A DNA stretch of 64,000 bases from Magallana gigas (GCF_963853765.1 NC_088860.1:20832001-20896000), one strand, 5' to 3'; counted from the stretch's first letter, positions 37,190-51,911 are shown. The notes: generated from the letters alone by a model not told the origin. Made by a program: numbers and translations.

Positions 37190-40100
37190 TTATAAAAAAA
37201 TGCTCACAAAAATTTAGGACGCTTGTTTTGTCGGTTTGGAACCTTTGTTGTAGCTCACATTGTTAGATCTGCTTTAACTTCAAGTTTTTTTTACTGACAT
37301 TTTTGGCGCTTAATATATACTCGGATTATATGGGCAAGTTACTGTTTGTGAGATTATTTTTTAAATATTGACAGTTTATTTTCCAATTTAAATGTGTTTT
37401 ATGATTTTATGTCGTGTGTTTGTAATGGATTTCAATTTTTTTAAATCTAATTTCGCAAAACTTGCGTTGCATTTTGTTTCAAAATGTTTAGTGAATATTT
37501 TTTCATCGACAACAAAACATGGTCTATATTGCATTGCTCATGGACTGTACCGGTCTAAATTAGAAGGGTAACGAGGTTATTTTTAGACACGTAGACTAGT
37601 CATTATTTTCTTCTTTTCCAGGAATCCTCGATAAACAGTTGTTTTATTAGGCAATATCATATAGTATAGCAATGTTAACTTTTCGTGTTTGTGCAATTCT
37701 GTTTTATAATTAATTTTACTGTTTTAGTGTTGTTTATAACTATATGTGCTTTCTGTCCTGAAATGGGCGATTAAAGGTGCAATTTTATATATACAGTAAA
37801 ACGTGACTGTAACGAATACAAATCAATGGAGGAGGTATCCTCCTTCCTGAATTTCATCAAGCTTGGTCTCACAAAACCCTGTCAATATCTTATTACTAGT
37901 ATTTGTTTTCAACGCTTCGTTCATGCAATGTTTTTTTACTGATATTTATTTTGTACTTAAGGGTTTTTTTTTAATGCAAGCAGCGAACAAATCTCTTTGT
38001 TTTGATCAATGTCATTATCTTATTACTAGGGAATAAACAATCAAGATTTATATATTTTTGCATTTAAAAAAAATGATTTTACGGTTATCCTGAGTAGTAA
38101 TTTTGTAAACCATATTCATACAGTCATACATTGTATATATTGTCATCTGTAGACGTTATTGTTAAAATATTGAAAACATGTCCTTACATTAGTTACAGCC
38201 GTTAGTTAGTCCAAGAGAGGTATTAAATAGATAAATAAACTATATGATTGTAAAATTGTACAGGTGTTCAGTATTTGTTTTTAAAAAAACACAATAACTT
38301 TCTTTTGCGCTTTAAGGTCGCTCATTGATAGAGTTTTCGTGTATAACATGTGATTGGTAGCCACAATATAGATCTAATTATGATTTAATGTATAATCAAA
38401 CAAAATTGAAACTGAAATATTACCTATTCCGATTTAACTCCGAGCTTTGATTTCGTCGACAATCCTGTGTCGCTACATCGAATTGCACATTATCCAGTTT
38501 TTTAAACTACATGTATTTTAAACACATTCTATCCAACTTCTTTTGATAAAGATCTTCAACCTACTCAATCGAACCCCAATGTGGGCCAATGATTTTGACC
38601 ATTGCATGCGATGATCTGCACTGCATTTATACTAGCTTTCTTCCATATCATTTTTCACAATTTACGTACACTTCTGATTTGGATATTGAACAACTAATAC
38701 ATATACATGTAATTGCTGTTATACTGTTTTATGGATGTTGTTTCGTTTAAGATTTCTTTTGTTAATAAACTGGATAAACGGTGCGTTTTAAAATTAAAAG
38801 AGTACATAGACTGTCTGCAATATCATATCACAATTTAATTATGATCAAATATATGAAAGAAAAGAGATATTCATAATAACTTGCGCGTGTATAAGCGACT
38901 GTCTGAATCCAGGAACAGATTGTCATGAAAAAGTAGAGAAAGTTAAATAAATATATCGAAGACTATCCAAAGTAAAACTTGACAATTTAAAATACAATTT
39001 CAAACTTTATTGTTAATAACTTTATCTATTTTTAATGGATAAGATTCACAGATATTTATAACTAATCTACACAGCAGCATGCTTCTTTTAGTTACATCCG
39101 GGCTACTACCAACGAAAAGGGGAAGTTATGCCTAAACAACGTGGTAACAAGAGAATAATAACAACTGAGGTTTTCTTTCTTTTTATTTTTTTTTTATTAA
39201 TTTCTATTCATTGTTCAATAGATAACAAGATAAGATTCAACATGTTGAATTTATTTTGCACCATAACCATGATCGATAACACTGCAAATACAATGTAGTT
39301 ACCAATTGGTTTCGTTTGTCCAAAATCCTTAGGTTTCGATTCTCAGTATTGCATCTTACCTTGGTTCCTACCTAGAATCTTCCAATTCTCGATCTTACTG
39401 GAAAGTTTTACCTTACCTTTGTATCCAAGACAAGTCGTTCCAGTTATTAACAACTTCAAATCCCCTGAAGAATATTTCTCGCGCGAATTTTACATGTATC
39501 GGGATTTTTCAGTACTGTTAACTTACCAATTTAAAAGATAAGTTATATTAAATTTTAAACTACATTTTGTTTCAATTCAAATCATAAATATTTCAAGTGC
39601 ATTTTCCTTAATCAATCTTAACAATTAACCAAGTGTTACGTCACTCCGTTTCCTTCATTGAACTCGAATACACACTTTCTATCTTTCAGTGTCAAAGGAC
39701 CATTACCTACCTCCTTCGTTCTGTGTATATCTTGCAACATTTCTTTCAAAAAAATATTACTGCTAAAACCAAAGTTTTTTAAACTCTACAATCCGAAATG
39801 CATGCATACAATTCGATTTCGCTACATTTTAATTGCAGAACATTTCACACCATGCAAGCACCATGAAGACAGCGTTTGCCAACACTCACCCAGCTTTATT
39901 GTGGAAGCAGGCACGTAGCATCCTTTTTGAAAGTGTGGAAGGGGAGTCAAAGTGATCCAAACTATCTTGACAAGCAAAATAATTCACTGTTGATTTCCTT
40001 CCTTTCACTTCAATTTTTTTTTACATGCTTCCAGAAAGGGGGGGGGGGACTTCATTTTTATTCACTTTTCTGTATGTAAATTTAACGAAAATGCTTGCTC

Positions 40101-41464
40101 CGAGAAAAGGGGGGGGGGGGGCTGGCTCTCCTTGATGCTACGTGCCTTTTAGGCTCCTAAAGGAATTTCACTTACATGCTCCAGTTTCTTGCGCATTAGT
40201 ACACACATATACCTAGTTTACAATTTTGGTATACTCTCGTTCATGGCGCCTTCTTTAACGGACCTCTTACAAATGTACCAACTTCCTGACAAGCGCATTA
40301 AGACAAATTTTAGTAGCCTCTTTGAAAACTTTTTCATTGTTTCGGCTGTATTCAACAAATGACGAAAATTTTTGTCCTTAAAATTAAATAATTTTTTTTT
40401 AAAAACTCACTATCACAGGGGAATTTTCAAACGACATCTTTTCACTTGAGCAATATTTGCTGAAAATGGTTTGTTTGTGTTTAAGTTTGGTGTTATTTCA
40501 AAAGAATGCATTGTACTAGCAATGTACGGTATTCTTAATTACATTGATGTATGTCCTGTCATCTCTGTTGCAGTAAAAAATGCGTTGGTAACATATTTCC
40601 TAATTCCTAATCATTTACATTTTCAGCATTGACACACAGAGTGAGCCCATGTCCCATTTTAAATAAAAAAAATTTCTACCAGGATGAAGTAATTTCTTTG
40701 GTCTAATCCCCCAGATTCTTTCAATATAGAAACCTTAATTATATCTGGTACAGAACCAAAGAGGCAATTCTATTTTATTTGCCTGCGATCATCCTTCCGC
40801 TCTGTTACCTTAAACCTAGCATAAACCTGCATCCATTTCCTCTTTCTCTTCTCTTTCAAGTACCTTTTCCAAAATCAATCCTCTCTCTGACACTTGTGTC
40901 AACCTCTTGGATAAAACTCACAAAATTCTTCTCTCAGTCGAGTATCTATTTTACTTCACAACAACAAACGTAACTCTTTATACAACACTTACGCCATCTC
41001 TTTAACAAGAACATGATCTCACATTTATATATATATAAAAAACTTATATATAATTGTCAGTCTGGGTAACTCTCACTTTCCGGCTGTTCAAAACAAAGCA
41101 CCATCTCGCTTATATAATGTCCTCACATCTCTCTTGAAATCTGCTGAATCTCTTCCTTTCAAAATGTCGCTTTAAAACAAGTTCTCACGCCAGTCATTTC
41201 CTCATTTCACCTCTCCTACATCTTCTTGACCAATCTTAAACAAACCACACATTTGTTGCTCACTTCTGCTAACTACAGCACACTAAACTTTTGTTTTCTT
41301 TCAAAAAATAGAGGAAAATAAATTTCAGAGGAAAAAAATAAACAGTAAGTTATTTACAAACTTTCTCCCTATCCTGCCATTTTAGGGAACAGTTTGACCA
41401 TTCCCATCACAACTCTGCCATTAAAATCTCACTACTCTTTCACCTCCCTCCTCCTCCCCCATTT

Positions 41465-43395
41465 TTAGCTCCACCCACCTGCTGCCCCTCCCCTTCCACT
41501 CCACCCACTGTACCCACCTCCCTGGGTACTGGCCTGAGAATCATATCCCCACCCAGTGTAACTCTGACCCCCACTGTCTGGGCGACTGGTACCCCGATAG
41601 CTCTGTGCCATGGTCTGGTCCTGACTTGCCCCTGGCTGCTGGGTCCCTCCCATCCCTGGCCACCCTCCCTGACCACTAAGTACAGCTTGTGCTGCTGCCA
41701 ACATTGCTGAGTTGAGGAAATTCATTCCCATGTTTTGATCCATTGCAGTCTCATTTCGGACGGTTGTGTTGTTGTCCCCCCTCCTCCTTAGCCTATCATA
41801 ATCCCCCCTGTCCCTGTCCCGCCTACCATCTCGTTCCCGACCCCCTTGGCTCTGGTCCTCGTATTTCCCAAATGACTTGGGTGTGGCACTGCTGACATGG
41901 ACACTTGTTCCCTTTATGATGTGGTCTTCTCCACAAAGACTTTGTGCAATCTCTGCATCCATAAAGGTCACAAAGGCAAAGGCCCGGAAAGGTTTGGGGA
42001 TGAATACGTCTGACACCTCACCAAATTTGCTGAAGTATTTGTGAAGATCGTCGGCTGTGATATCTTCAGAACATCGAGCAATAAACACTTTTCTGTTCAT
42101 TGGTGGACCACTTTGCTCCTGTAAGAAGAAAAAAATAACTTCATATTTTGAAATCAAAATACAAACCAACTTTATACAGACTTAACAAAAGTTTTCAGCA
42201 GGTTGAGTTTCCTATGATTTATAGAAATTTTGTTTGAGGATTACTATCAATTAAAATTGTTTAAAAAATACAGGAAACAATTACATTTGAGGCTGGAATG
42301 TTTACTTCACACCATCTTCCGTCAATCATATGTCGCTGAGCTAAACACTTGGATTGGGCCTCGAAGTCACCAAATCTCACAAAACCAAATCCTTTGGACT
42401 GTCCTGTTTTGCCATCTCGCTTGACCTGAAACACACCAATAAAATTTTCACTTAGTCTAAAATCTATCTTGTCATCTTGGAATATTCTAAAGAATTGATC
42501 TTATCATCTTGGAATATTCTAAAGAATGAATAGCATTTATATATTAATCTAAAACAGGTTAGATATATGTTTACAAAAGTTTCTTCTGCATACATTACAT
42601 TATTCTTTTGCTTTTATAAATTATACAATATCTCAACTGATATGACAAGCAGAATTTTTAGGGTAATTAAAAAGTAAAAAAAATCATCATTTCACCTGCA
42701 CCAATAACAGTTCACCAAACTGTGAGAAATATTTGCGCATGTCTTCCTCTGTACTTTTCCATGGTAAGCCCAAAACAATGAGATCAACACATCTCTTCTT
42801 GTCCATGCGTCGAGTTTTGGAACCTGGATTTTCTATGTCATCTCCTTTGCGTTTGTTATCTATAAAATGGTCCAAATTTGTTAAAGTGATATACATTAAA
42901 CACAGATAAGGCACTTATGCAGGGGATGCCAAATATTAAAAAGATAATTGATGTGTAAAATAAAAACAAGCTTTGTCAAAGTAGTTTTTAATTACAAAAA
43001 TTTTCATGATTTTTAATGCAGCCTTCTTCTGTTCTTGTAACGTGATTTATGGCACCTATATAAAAAGCCAAGTGATGGGTATTAGTCTTACCACAAATAC
43101 TGGGTATGTAGTGTATCTGATTCTCCTCTTGCTCTTGTACAACATTCTGCACCTTAGGAAACACAACAACATAAACAACGTCTCCCCAACTAGATCCCTC
43201 TGGGGGATAAAGGTAACCCTCACTTAGTCGCACACCTCGGAAATTTCCGGTTTGGGGGTTTCTGTATTTCAACCCACATGCACCCGGAAACTGGGCTGCT
43301 AGGGTGGAGAGTAGTAGGGTACCGTCATCTTCACTTGGTATCTCAACTGGCTCATCGTCCTCTTTCTCTGCGACCTGTAAATAGTGTTCAGACAT
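41465..43395 (-). CDS. TARDBP: TAR DNA-binding protein 43 (TDP-43), ~420 aa
   Basis: join(43395-43092, 42859-42696, 42425-42285, 42118-41465). N-terminal domain ([29 protein letters not shown]), NLS (KRK..KTRR), RRM1 ([17 protein letters not shown]), RRM2 ([11 protein letters not shown]) and a low-complexity C-terminus. Confidence 0.96.
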
Positions 43396-43435
43396 GGTTT
43401 TCTTTGACGATTTTCTTCCCAAGTTCAGCAAGCAT

Positions 43436-43472
43436 CAAAATGGCACTTGCGCGTGCGTTCCCCCGTTTCCGG
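43436..43472. promoter_or_regulatory. TARDBP core promoter/5'UTR motifs (YY1-, NRF1- and ETS-like)
   Basis: caaaatggc at 43436-43444, tgcgcgtgcg at 43448-43457, tttccgg at 43466-43472, 40-80 bp upstream of the ATG. Confidence 0.5.
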
Positions 43473-44780
43473 TATGGGTGTAGGCACAGGGTAAACCTAG
43501 TACTATGAACTTGCCGATACAGTAAAGAATCATAGCTCTGGGCGTCAAGGATAATAGCAGAGACATAAATAAAAAATCTCTGGTAATAGCGATAGTGACA
43601 AAAGTAACCTTGGAAAAAACAGATATAAATATGAAGATCTATTACGTTAAATATTTAATTATAAAACAAAAATTCCAAAGATTGGGGGGGGGGGGGCAAA
43701 GGCGAAGCCAGTGGGACCTATACGATTTGTTGTACTTGCATTTTTATGAAATTTCATGAAATTTAATTAATTGATGTATACATAAGTATCAATTGTAAAA
43801 CAGTGATTGATGGCTTATATTCTAATGCAAACACACACGGTGCACTTGGCGAGTTAACAATGAGTTATTAGGGTATACTGGACAAAATGTTACACCAGAG
43901 ACATAAATACCAATATAAACATGTTATTTGTGTCTCTGGTTACACATTCGTTAAGCTGATGGGTGAATGTCAAGACACAGTTGAAATTTTAAAATATCCA
44001 CATACAGTATTTGATGATTCTTCAAAAATTCGTTCCATGCGATATATTTTACAAAACATCGATTTGTAACCTTTTTAAAATTGGTTCAGTATTTGGAACA
44101 TATAAATGAATTTGAAGTGATGTTTGCGTGCACCAAAATATTAAAATACTAGTTTTAAAGAAATTCAGTGGATTAGTGTTCTATATTTTTTCATAGTTTA
44201 ATTTAAAAAAAAACTAATTTCAATCAGCAAAAACTTGAAGTGATGACACGCTAGGCCTTATACATTAAATTTATTATTTTTGTATCAGAGTACAACGTTC
44301 TTGAAAAATATTAAATAAAAGTCCGTAAATTAACTTGTGATTATTTAATTGTAACATGTGTTTGTCATGACTGAAATGACTCAGCTTTTGAATAGAGCAC
44401 CATTCATTTAAAAAAAGTTTTTGGGCTTTTAAGGCTGGTGGTTCGATACCATCAAAATTTGGGGTGGGTCTTTTTTTCGTGTTTGTAAAATTATGAAAAA
44501 CACTTTATAGTTAAAATTGGGCTTTTGCATGAGCGTATTTTATTATAAACATATACATGTAGATTTAAAATAACTGCGACGTTTTCTCAAGGCTCTCGGA
44601 GTCAATGCGAAGGGATCTTCTTGCTCCAGCGTCACAAACGTTTATGGGTTCTGTGTTGTATTTTGAGAACCAGTAGATCTTAAATAATAATAAATCTATT
44701 GAAGACGAACACAAGTTTCTTTTGAATCGAGTGTATTCAAAGAACAAGTTAAAAATGTACATCAAATGGCAATCTGTTGT

Positions 44781-44781
<1 letters not shown>

Positions 44782-44846
<65 letters not shown>
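44782..44846. repeat. (CT)n microsatellite
   Basis: Perfect dinucleotide run. Confidence 0.98.
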
Positions 44847-44850
<4 letters not shown>

Positions 44851-44924
44851 AACTATAACCCTCTTTATTCTGGCTCTCTTCACATTCTCTCTCTCCCCCT
44901 GATATATACTTTGCCCAGAAACCT

Positions 44925-45135
44925 CACGATGTTAGGGCATTAGGGCAGCAGACTCCGGTACCAATGCCTGCTACACCATCTGGCCATTAGGACAGCAGGC
45001 CCCAGTATTAGGACCTGTTACACCATTAGGGCACCTGATAGGGCACAGGCTACAGTATTATGGCCTGCTGCACTATCAGGGCAGTGAGGGCACTATAATT
45101 AGGGCACTAATATTAGGGCTTCTATTGTTAGGGCT
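44925..45135 (+). repeat. Degenerate array of TTAGGGC-like units
   Basis: Six ttaggg plus tagggca, cagggca, gagggca and ttagga variants, irregularly spaced. Confidence 0.6.
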
Positions 45136-45713
45136 CAAATACAATACAAATTTCATAAAACAGTAAATATCTATAAAACATGAATACAAAACAAAAACAC
45201 TACAGAACAAAATTAAATTTGAAATTGTAATTTTTCGATATGAGCTTTTGAGCTATTTTATCAGTTCCCAATCTTCTGTATACACTGTCAAAATATAAAA
45301 TAAACGGAGATTTTGCATTGCATCAGCCATAAGCCCGGATGATAACGTTGAAAAATTGGAATGGAGAAAAGATGTAAACATTTCCCATTATAAAACTCCG
45401 TAAGAAATGTGAACTTTTATGATTGAAAAATGATAACTGTTCAATGAAGATATCTTAGATATATTCCCTTTCATCGATTTCAACTGTATTTATTTCACAG
45501 GTATGTGTATTTTTATTTAAAATCATGAAAAAGTGATGAAGCAATAACTTGGGACAGACTATAGTTTTAAAATGTAGTCTGTCATTATATATCGAGATGT
45601 GGATAAGAGTACAAGTACATGAGTACATCATATTCAAAATAATATTTAATAATATTCAAGCGGGCAAACATGCAGGTCACAAAACACTGAGGAAATCCGT
45701 GGGGGCAGAGAGT

Positions 45714-46823
45714 ATGGTGTTCCGATGGGGTCACTTCGACCTTCGCACTTTCGCCTTTAGGTCGAAGATCCGAGAGTGCGAAGTTGCGAAGGCGAAAGTG
45801 CGAGAATGCGACGGCGAAGGAGCGAAAGTGCGAAGATGCGACGGCGAAGCGCGAAGTTGCGATGGCGAAAGTGCGAAGGTGCGAAGGCGCAACTTTTTTT
45901 TTATAGCATTCAGAAAGTCTCATTCGATTACATAGAATTTGATGCAGGCACCGTAATCGATCGCCAAGGTTTTCCGATTAATCCATGATATTATTGGTAC
46001 GCATGCACTAGGCCATTGTGCTTACAATGAATATTTATAAATATTTTAATGTGTATGTGACATATATGTTTACCAGTGCTGCTTATGCCTAATCATTACA
46101 CTCCACATAAAATGTAATGTCCGCCATAATGTATACATATGCACTTCCAGACTCCTGTCACTTACCAGCTGTCTGTTTACCGTGGATCAAACACAATATT
46201 ATTCTAATTTCATTATGCGACACTCCTTGCTCATGTATGGATCTAGAGGGGGAGAGGGGCCCCCGGAAAATTCAATATTAATAACTTCACACATGCAGTA
46301 AAGGGAGAGAGAGGGTCCGGATCCCATCCCCCGGGAAAATTTAATTTTATCACTTATATATAAATAAAACTCTCCAAAATATGCCACACCCCCACCCCGG
46401 CAAATTTAATTATCCATCGCCCCCCCCCCCCCCCCCCGAAAAAGTTATGGATCTGCGCAGGCTGTTGAAAATAAATTCTAAAAAGTTCATCGTCTGCCTC
46501 AGATGTCCTTTTGTACAGCTAAAATTGTCTTTAAACGATAGAGATCTCCACAATTATAAAAAGGCGAAGGCGAAAGTGCGAAGATGCGAAGGCGAGAGTG
46601 CGAATTAAGTTGCGATGGCGAAGGTGCGATAGTAGTATCGTTTCTTCGCCTTCGCAACTTCGCACTTGAATTCGCCTTCGCATCTTCGCGCTTCGTCGTC
46701 GCATCTTCGCACTTTCGCTCCTTCGCCTTCGCACCTTCGCACTTTCGCCGTCGCAACTTCGCACTCTAGCACCTCGACCTAAAGGCGAAAGTGCGAAGGT
46801 CGAAGTGGCCCCATCGGAACACC

Positions 46824-46825
<2 letters not shown>
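45714..46825. mobile_element. Foldback-type element with ~150-bp TIRs built of CGAAG/CGAAAGTG subrepeats; nested MITE-like insert at ~46232-46459
   Basis: atggtgttccgatgggg.cacttcgaccttcgcactttcgcctttaggtcga at both ends in inverted orientation. The internal ggatctagaggggg...ggatctgcgca segment resembles a separate MITE. The ORFs here are artefacts. Confidence 0.85.

Positions 46826-46855
<30 letters not shown>
46826..46855. repeat. (GA)n microsatellite abutting the foldback element
   Basis: Perfect dinucleotide run. Confidence 0.95.
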
Positions 46856-46858
<3 letters not shown>

Positions 46859-47083
46859 GGCTCGGACTTGAATTGGTTTTAAATTTATTCTATTCCGGAT
46901 ATTGAAATTCCTGGCTCGATTTACCTTTGTCTTTTACTTTAGTCATCTATGCGTTTTATACTAAATCTTAATTGACCATATTTTACAAGATCTTTATTTA
47001 CATTGAGGCGTCACTTTCTCTTTGCACTTTTTAAGATTTTTGCAGAAACTCAGAAAACTTACAAAACTACTAGAAGCGAAAAA

Positions 47084-49009
<1,926 letters not shown>

Positions 49010-50410
49010 AACTTAACCACATGATAAGAGATTTAAATGTATTTGAAAGTTCCTTTGATGTTGTTTTTTTGTAAGCTTTAAATTTTGATATGATTGAAGA
49101 TGTTTTGATGTGTAATTTCTTTCTATTTTGAATGGAACAAGAATCTTTCAAAGATATGTAAAATATGTTTTTTGAGGGTTTTTTATTGAAATATTTAGAC
49201 AATTTATTTTCTTTGGAATATGAGGGTCATATAAAAATTAAAAGATAGCAGTGTATACCAGATTACCAATGCACATGCTGATACTTTAAGTATACTGATG
49301 CTTAGCAATTACAAAGCTGAAATATTTTTAAAATCATATTACATGAATGATCCCCCCCCCCTTGCAAATGAGCATCACATACCAGTTCATGTATTGTATA
49401 TTTGTATTTTTTTAGTGTATTCTTCATCAATCCATTATTCTGTTGATTTTAATAGAAATGGCTTATCACTTGTATATATTTTTTAAAACATTTACCATGT
49501 ACATGTACCAGTGTGTTTGTGCATACAAAATTCAAATGCATAATATTTCTGAAATCAAATGGTACAAGGCAGCATGAAATATTTTTCATCCTGAAGTATG
49601 AGAACTGTGCATATTATATTTTATTTGGAAATATTTCAAAAGTATTGGTATGTTTTCTTTTTCTGAAAATGTTAAATATGTTGCATCTTTTTATTGATAA
49701 TCAAAATGTTTTATTTTTTGCGGTAGAAGTTGATCTCAGCATGTTAAATTTCAGTTTATCAATTGTGGACAGTTTATTCCTCATATTTAAGAGTTCTGAT
49801 TTTTTTATGCTCAATTATGCTTTTACAAGAATAAGCGGTACATTAATCAATTCACACAATCAAATGTATATACTTTTTTTACTCCTTTAATTGTTGGTTT
49901 GTACACCTGATCCATTTTATTTTGGTTGGTCGGTTTTGTTTTTATTTACATTTTTGAATTTATATTTCAAAACATAAATTTGGCTATGAAATATCATATA
50001 TGATAGAAACATATTCAAGTTATTAGGGCAAATTTTTGAAATTTTTTTCAATGAATGCAGCTCATGTTAATAAAACTCAGTATTATTTATTTTTAATACT
50101 TGTGCCATTTACTTTATTTTTTGTCCAATATAAAGAGAAAAATTTATTAACTTTCAAAAATAATAATTGAGGAGAAATTTTACTATTTTTTCTTTTGCAT
50201 ACACGGTCATGTGCTAAATTTGTATATTTTTAAGATAATAAATTGGCTCAATAAAATGTTCTATATTTTTAAGGTGCATGATTTTTCTTAATGATTGAAC
50301 TTGATGATGGGTATTGAATCTCCAAAATGAGTGACAATTATTTCTCAAAATGATCAAACTTTAAACTAAGTCTTATCTTTTTCTTTGTTTTTGGTTTTTT
50401 GGGGTTTCTT

Positions 50411-50413
<3 letters not shown>

Positions 50414-50448
<35 letters not shown>

Positions 50449-50570
50449 ATTCTGATCACATTTTGTCCGTCGTCCGTCTGTCCGTCCGTCCGTCTGTCCG
50501 TCCGTCCGTCTGTCCGTCTGTCCGTCTGTAAACTTTTTACATTTTGAACTTCTTCTCTAAAACTGCTTAT

Positions 50571-50602
<32 letters not shown>

Positions 50603-50860
50603 TTATGGGAGGGCGAATATAAATTGCAAAAATTTAAGTCCGATCTGTATTCAAATCGGAGAAAACCTTGAAACTGTAGAAAAAGGGGGGTGCATTTTTA
50701 AAAATCTTCTTCTCAAGAACTACCGAGGCAAATTCAACGTAGTTTAGCATAAATTATCCTTATGGGAAGGAAAATATAAATTGCAAAAATTAAGTGGTAA
50801 TTTTGTTTCAAATCGAAGTTATTACGAAAATAATAATAAAGGAAAGGCGTATTTCAATCG
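50414..50860 (+). mobile_element. Helentron-associated non-autonomous element (HINE/DINE-1-like), left part only
   Basis: End ttttagctcacctgagctgaaagctcaagtgagct, (GTCC/GTCT)n microsatellite at ~50465-50526, then two ~156-bp monomers; right end absent. Confidence 0.8.
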
Positions 50861-50872
50861 GGCTCGGCATCC

Positions 50873-51087
50873 GGTAAAATGGGTAGGCAAGACTTGGCCT
50901 GGGCAAAACAAAAGATTGGCAGTTATTAATCTGTCAATCTCATTAAAATTTCAGGATATTTGATGGACTAGTATATTTGTATTCGCTGTAGATATTGCTG
51001 CAAAATAATGCGTATTTGGAATTGACAATTGCCGATCTGCCCTGGCATTTATTTTGCCACGGCCCGGGTTTGCATACCCATTTTACC
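50873..51087. mobile_element. MITE with ~50-bp imperfect inverted ends
   Basis: ggtaaaatgggtaggcaa..ggcc..ggcaaaacaaaa versus the reverse-complemented right end ggtaaaatgggtatgcaa..ggcc..ggcaaaataaaa. Confidence 0.6.
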
Positions 51088-51911
51088 AAGACTCGTATTC
51101 CATACTTCTAAAACGAGGTTCTTTGTTTAAAGCAGCCATGACATTATACGAAAAAGGGTCGATCTGACTATGATGAATTTGCTTGTTGTGCAACAGTTCG
51201 CGTATGAAGGGAAGTTTTGAAACATGAAAAATATATTGGTGCCGATTTTATGAAGTAAATTGAGGCTAAATATTTCAATGCGTTGACAGTTTTCACACAT
51301 GACGTTGGTGTTAGCTTGTTCTGATTTTCGTTTCGTTTTCATTATTTATGCTTTGTAACCTGGAAACTATCGTCTGTATTTCGTGATTTTTCGTATCAAA
51401 TCAATCAGAGACTTCGGTAAATCAAACAGTTACGTTAACTGTTTACCTGCGCATATTAAGCAAAGTCTGATGTAGGGGTACTGAAATACAATTCATTCTA
51501 TCGGTAATTCGGCATTATCTTTTGCGTAATGGTAGATTAATGCAATAGGTTTTGTTGAGATGCTCGGCATTTTCTCTAGTTTATTCAGTTTAAATAGAGT
51601 TTAATATCGCTTACGGAAATATGTAGGTATATCCATGTATATATATATGATTCATTTCGAAAAAATAAATTGTTTTCTTTATTTGTTATACATGTAGTGC
51701 ATGTTGTTTACAATTTCTATTTACTAACCATATTTGAGTGTTAAGCTTCGAATTATAAGCAAGATACAGAGATTTGCTCACAATTCTATGTTTGTACACA
51801 GATCTTAAAAGCTAAAGATTAAAAAAGTATAAAAAAATTGTCAATATTTATTACGAAAGTTTTAAAATCTGTTCTTCCAGAAACCCACTTATTGAATTGT
51901 AAACTTAACCT

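Noticed and set aside
38560-38650. Single degenerate reverse-oriented Cg170-like monomer
   Set aside because: Similarity is only patchy by eye; not supportable without an alignment.
44435-44455. ggttcgatacc T-arm-like hairpin suggesting a tRNA
   Set aside because: No acceptor stem, D-arm or anticodon arm; at most a SINE remnant. No intact tRNA or rRNA gene was found in the window.
45549-46769. Arg/Glu/Cys-rich ORFs (RRCDGEGAKV...)
   Set aside because: Translations of the CGAAG subrepeats of the foldback element.
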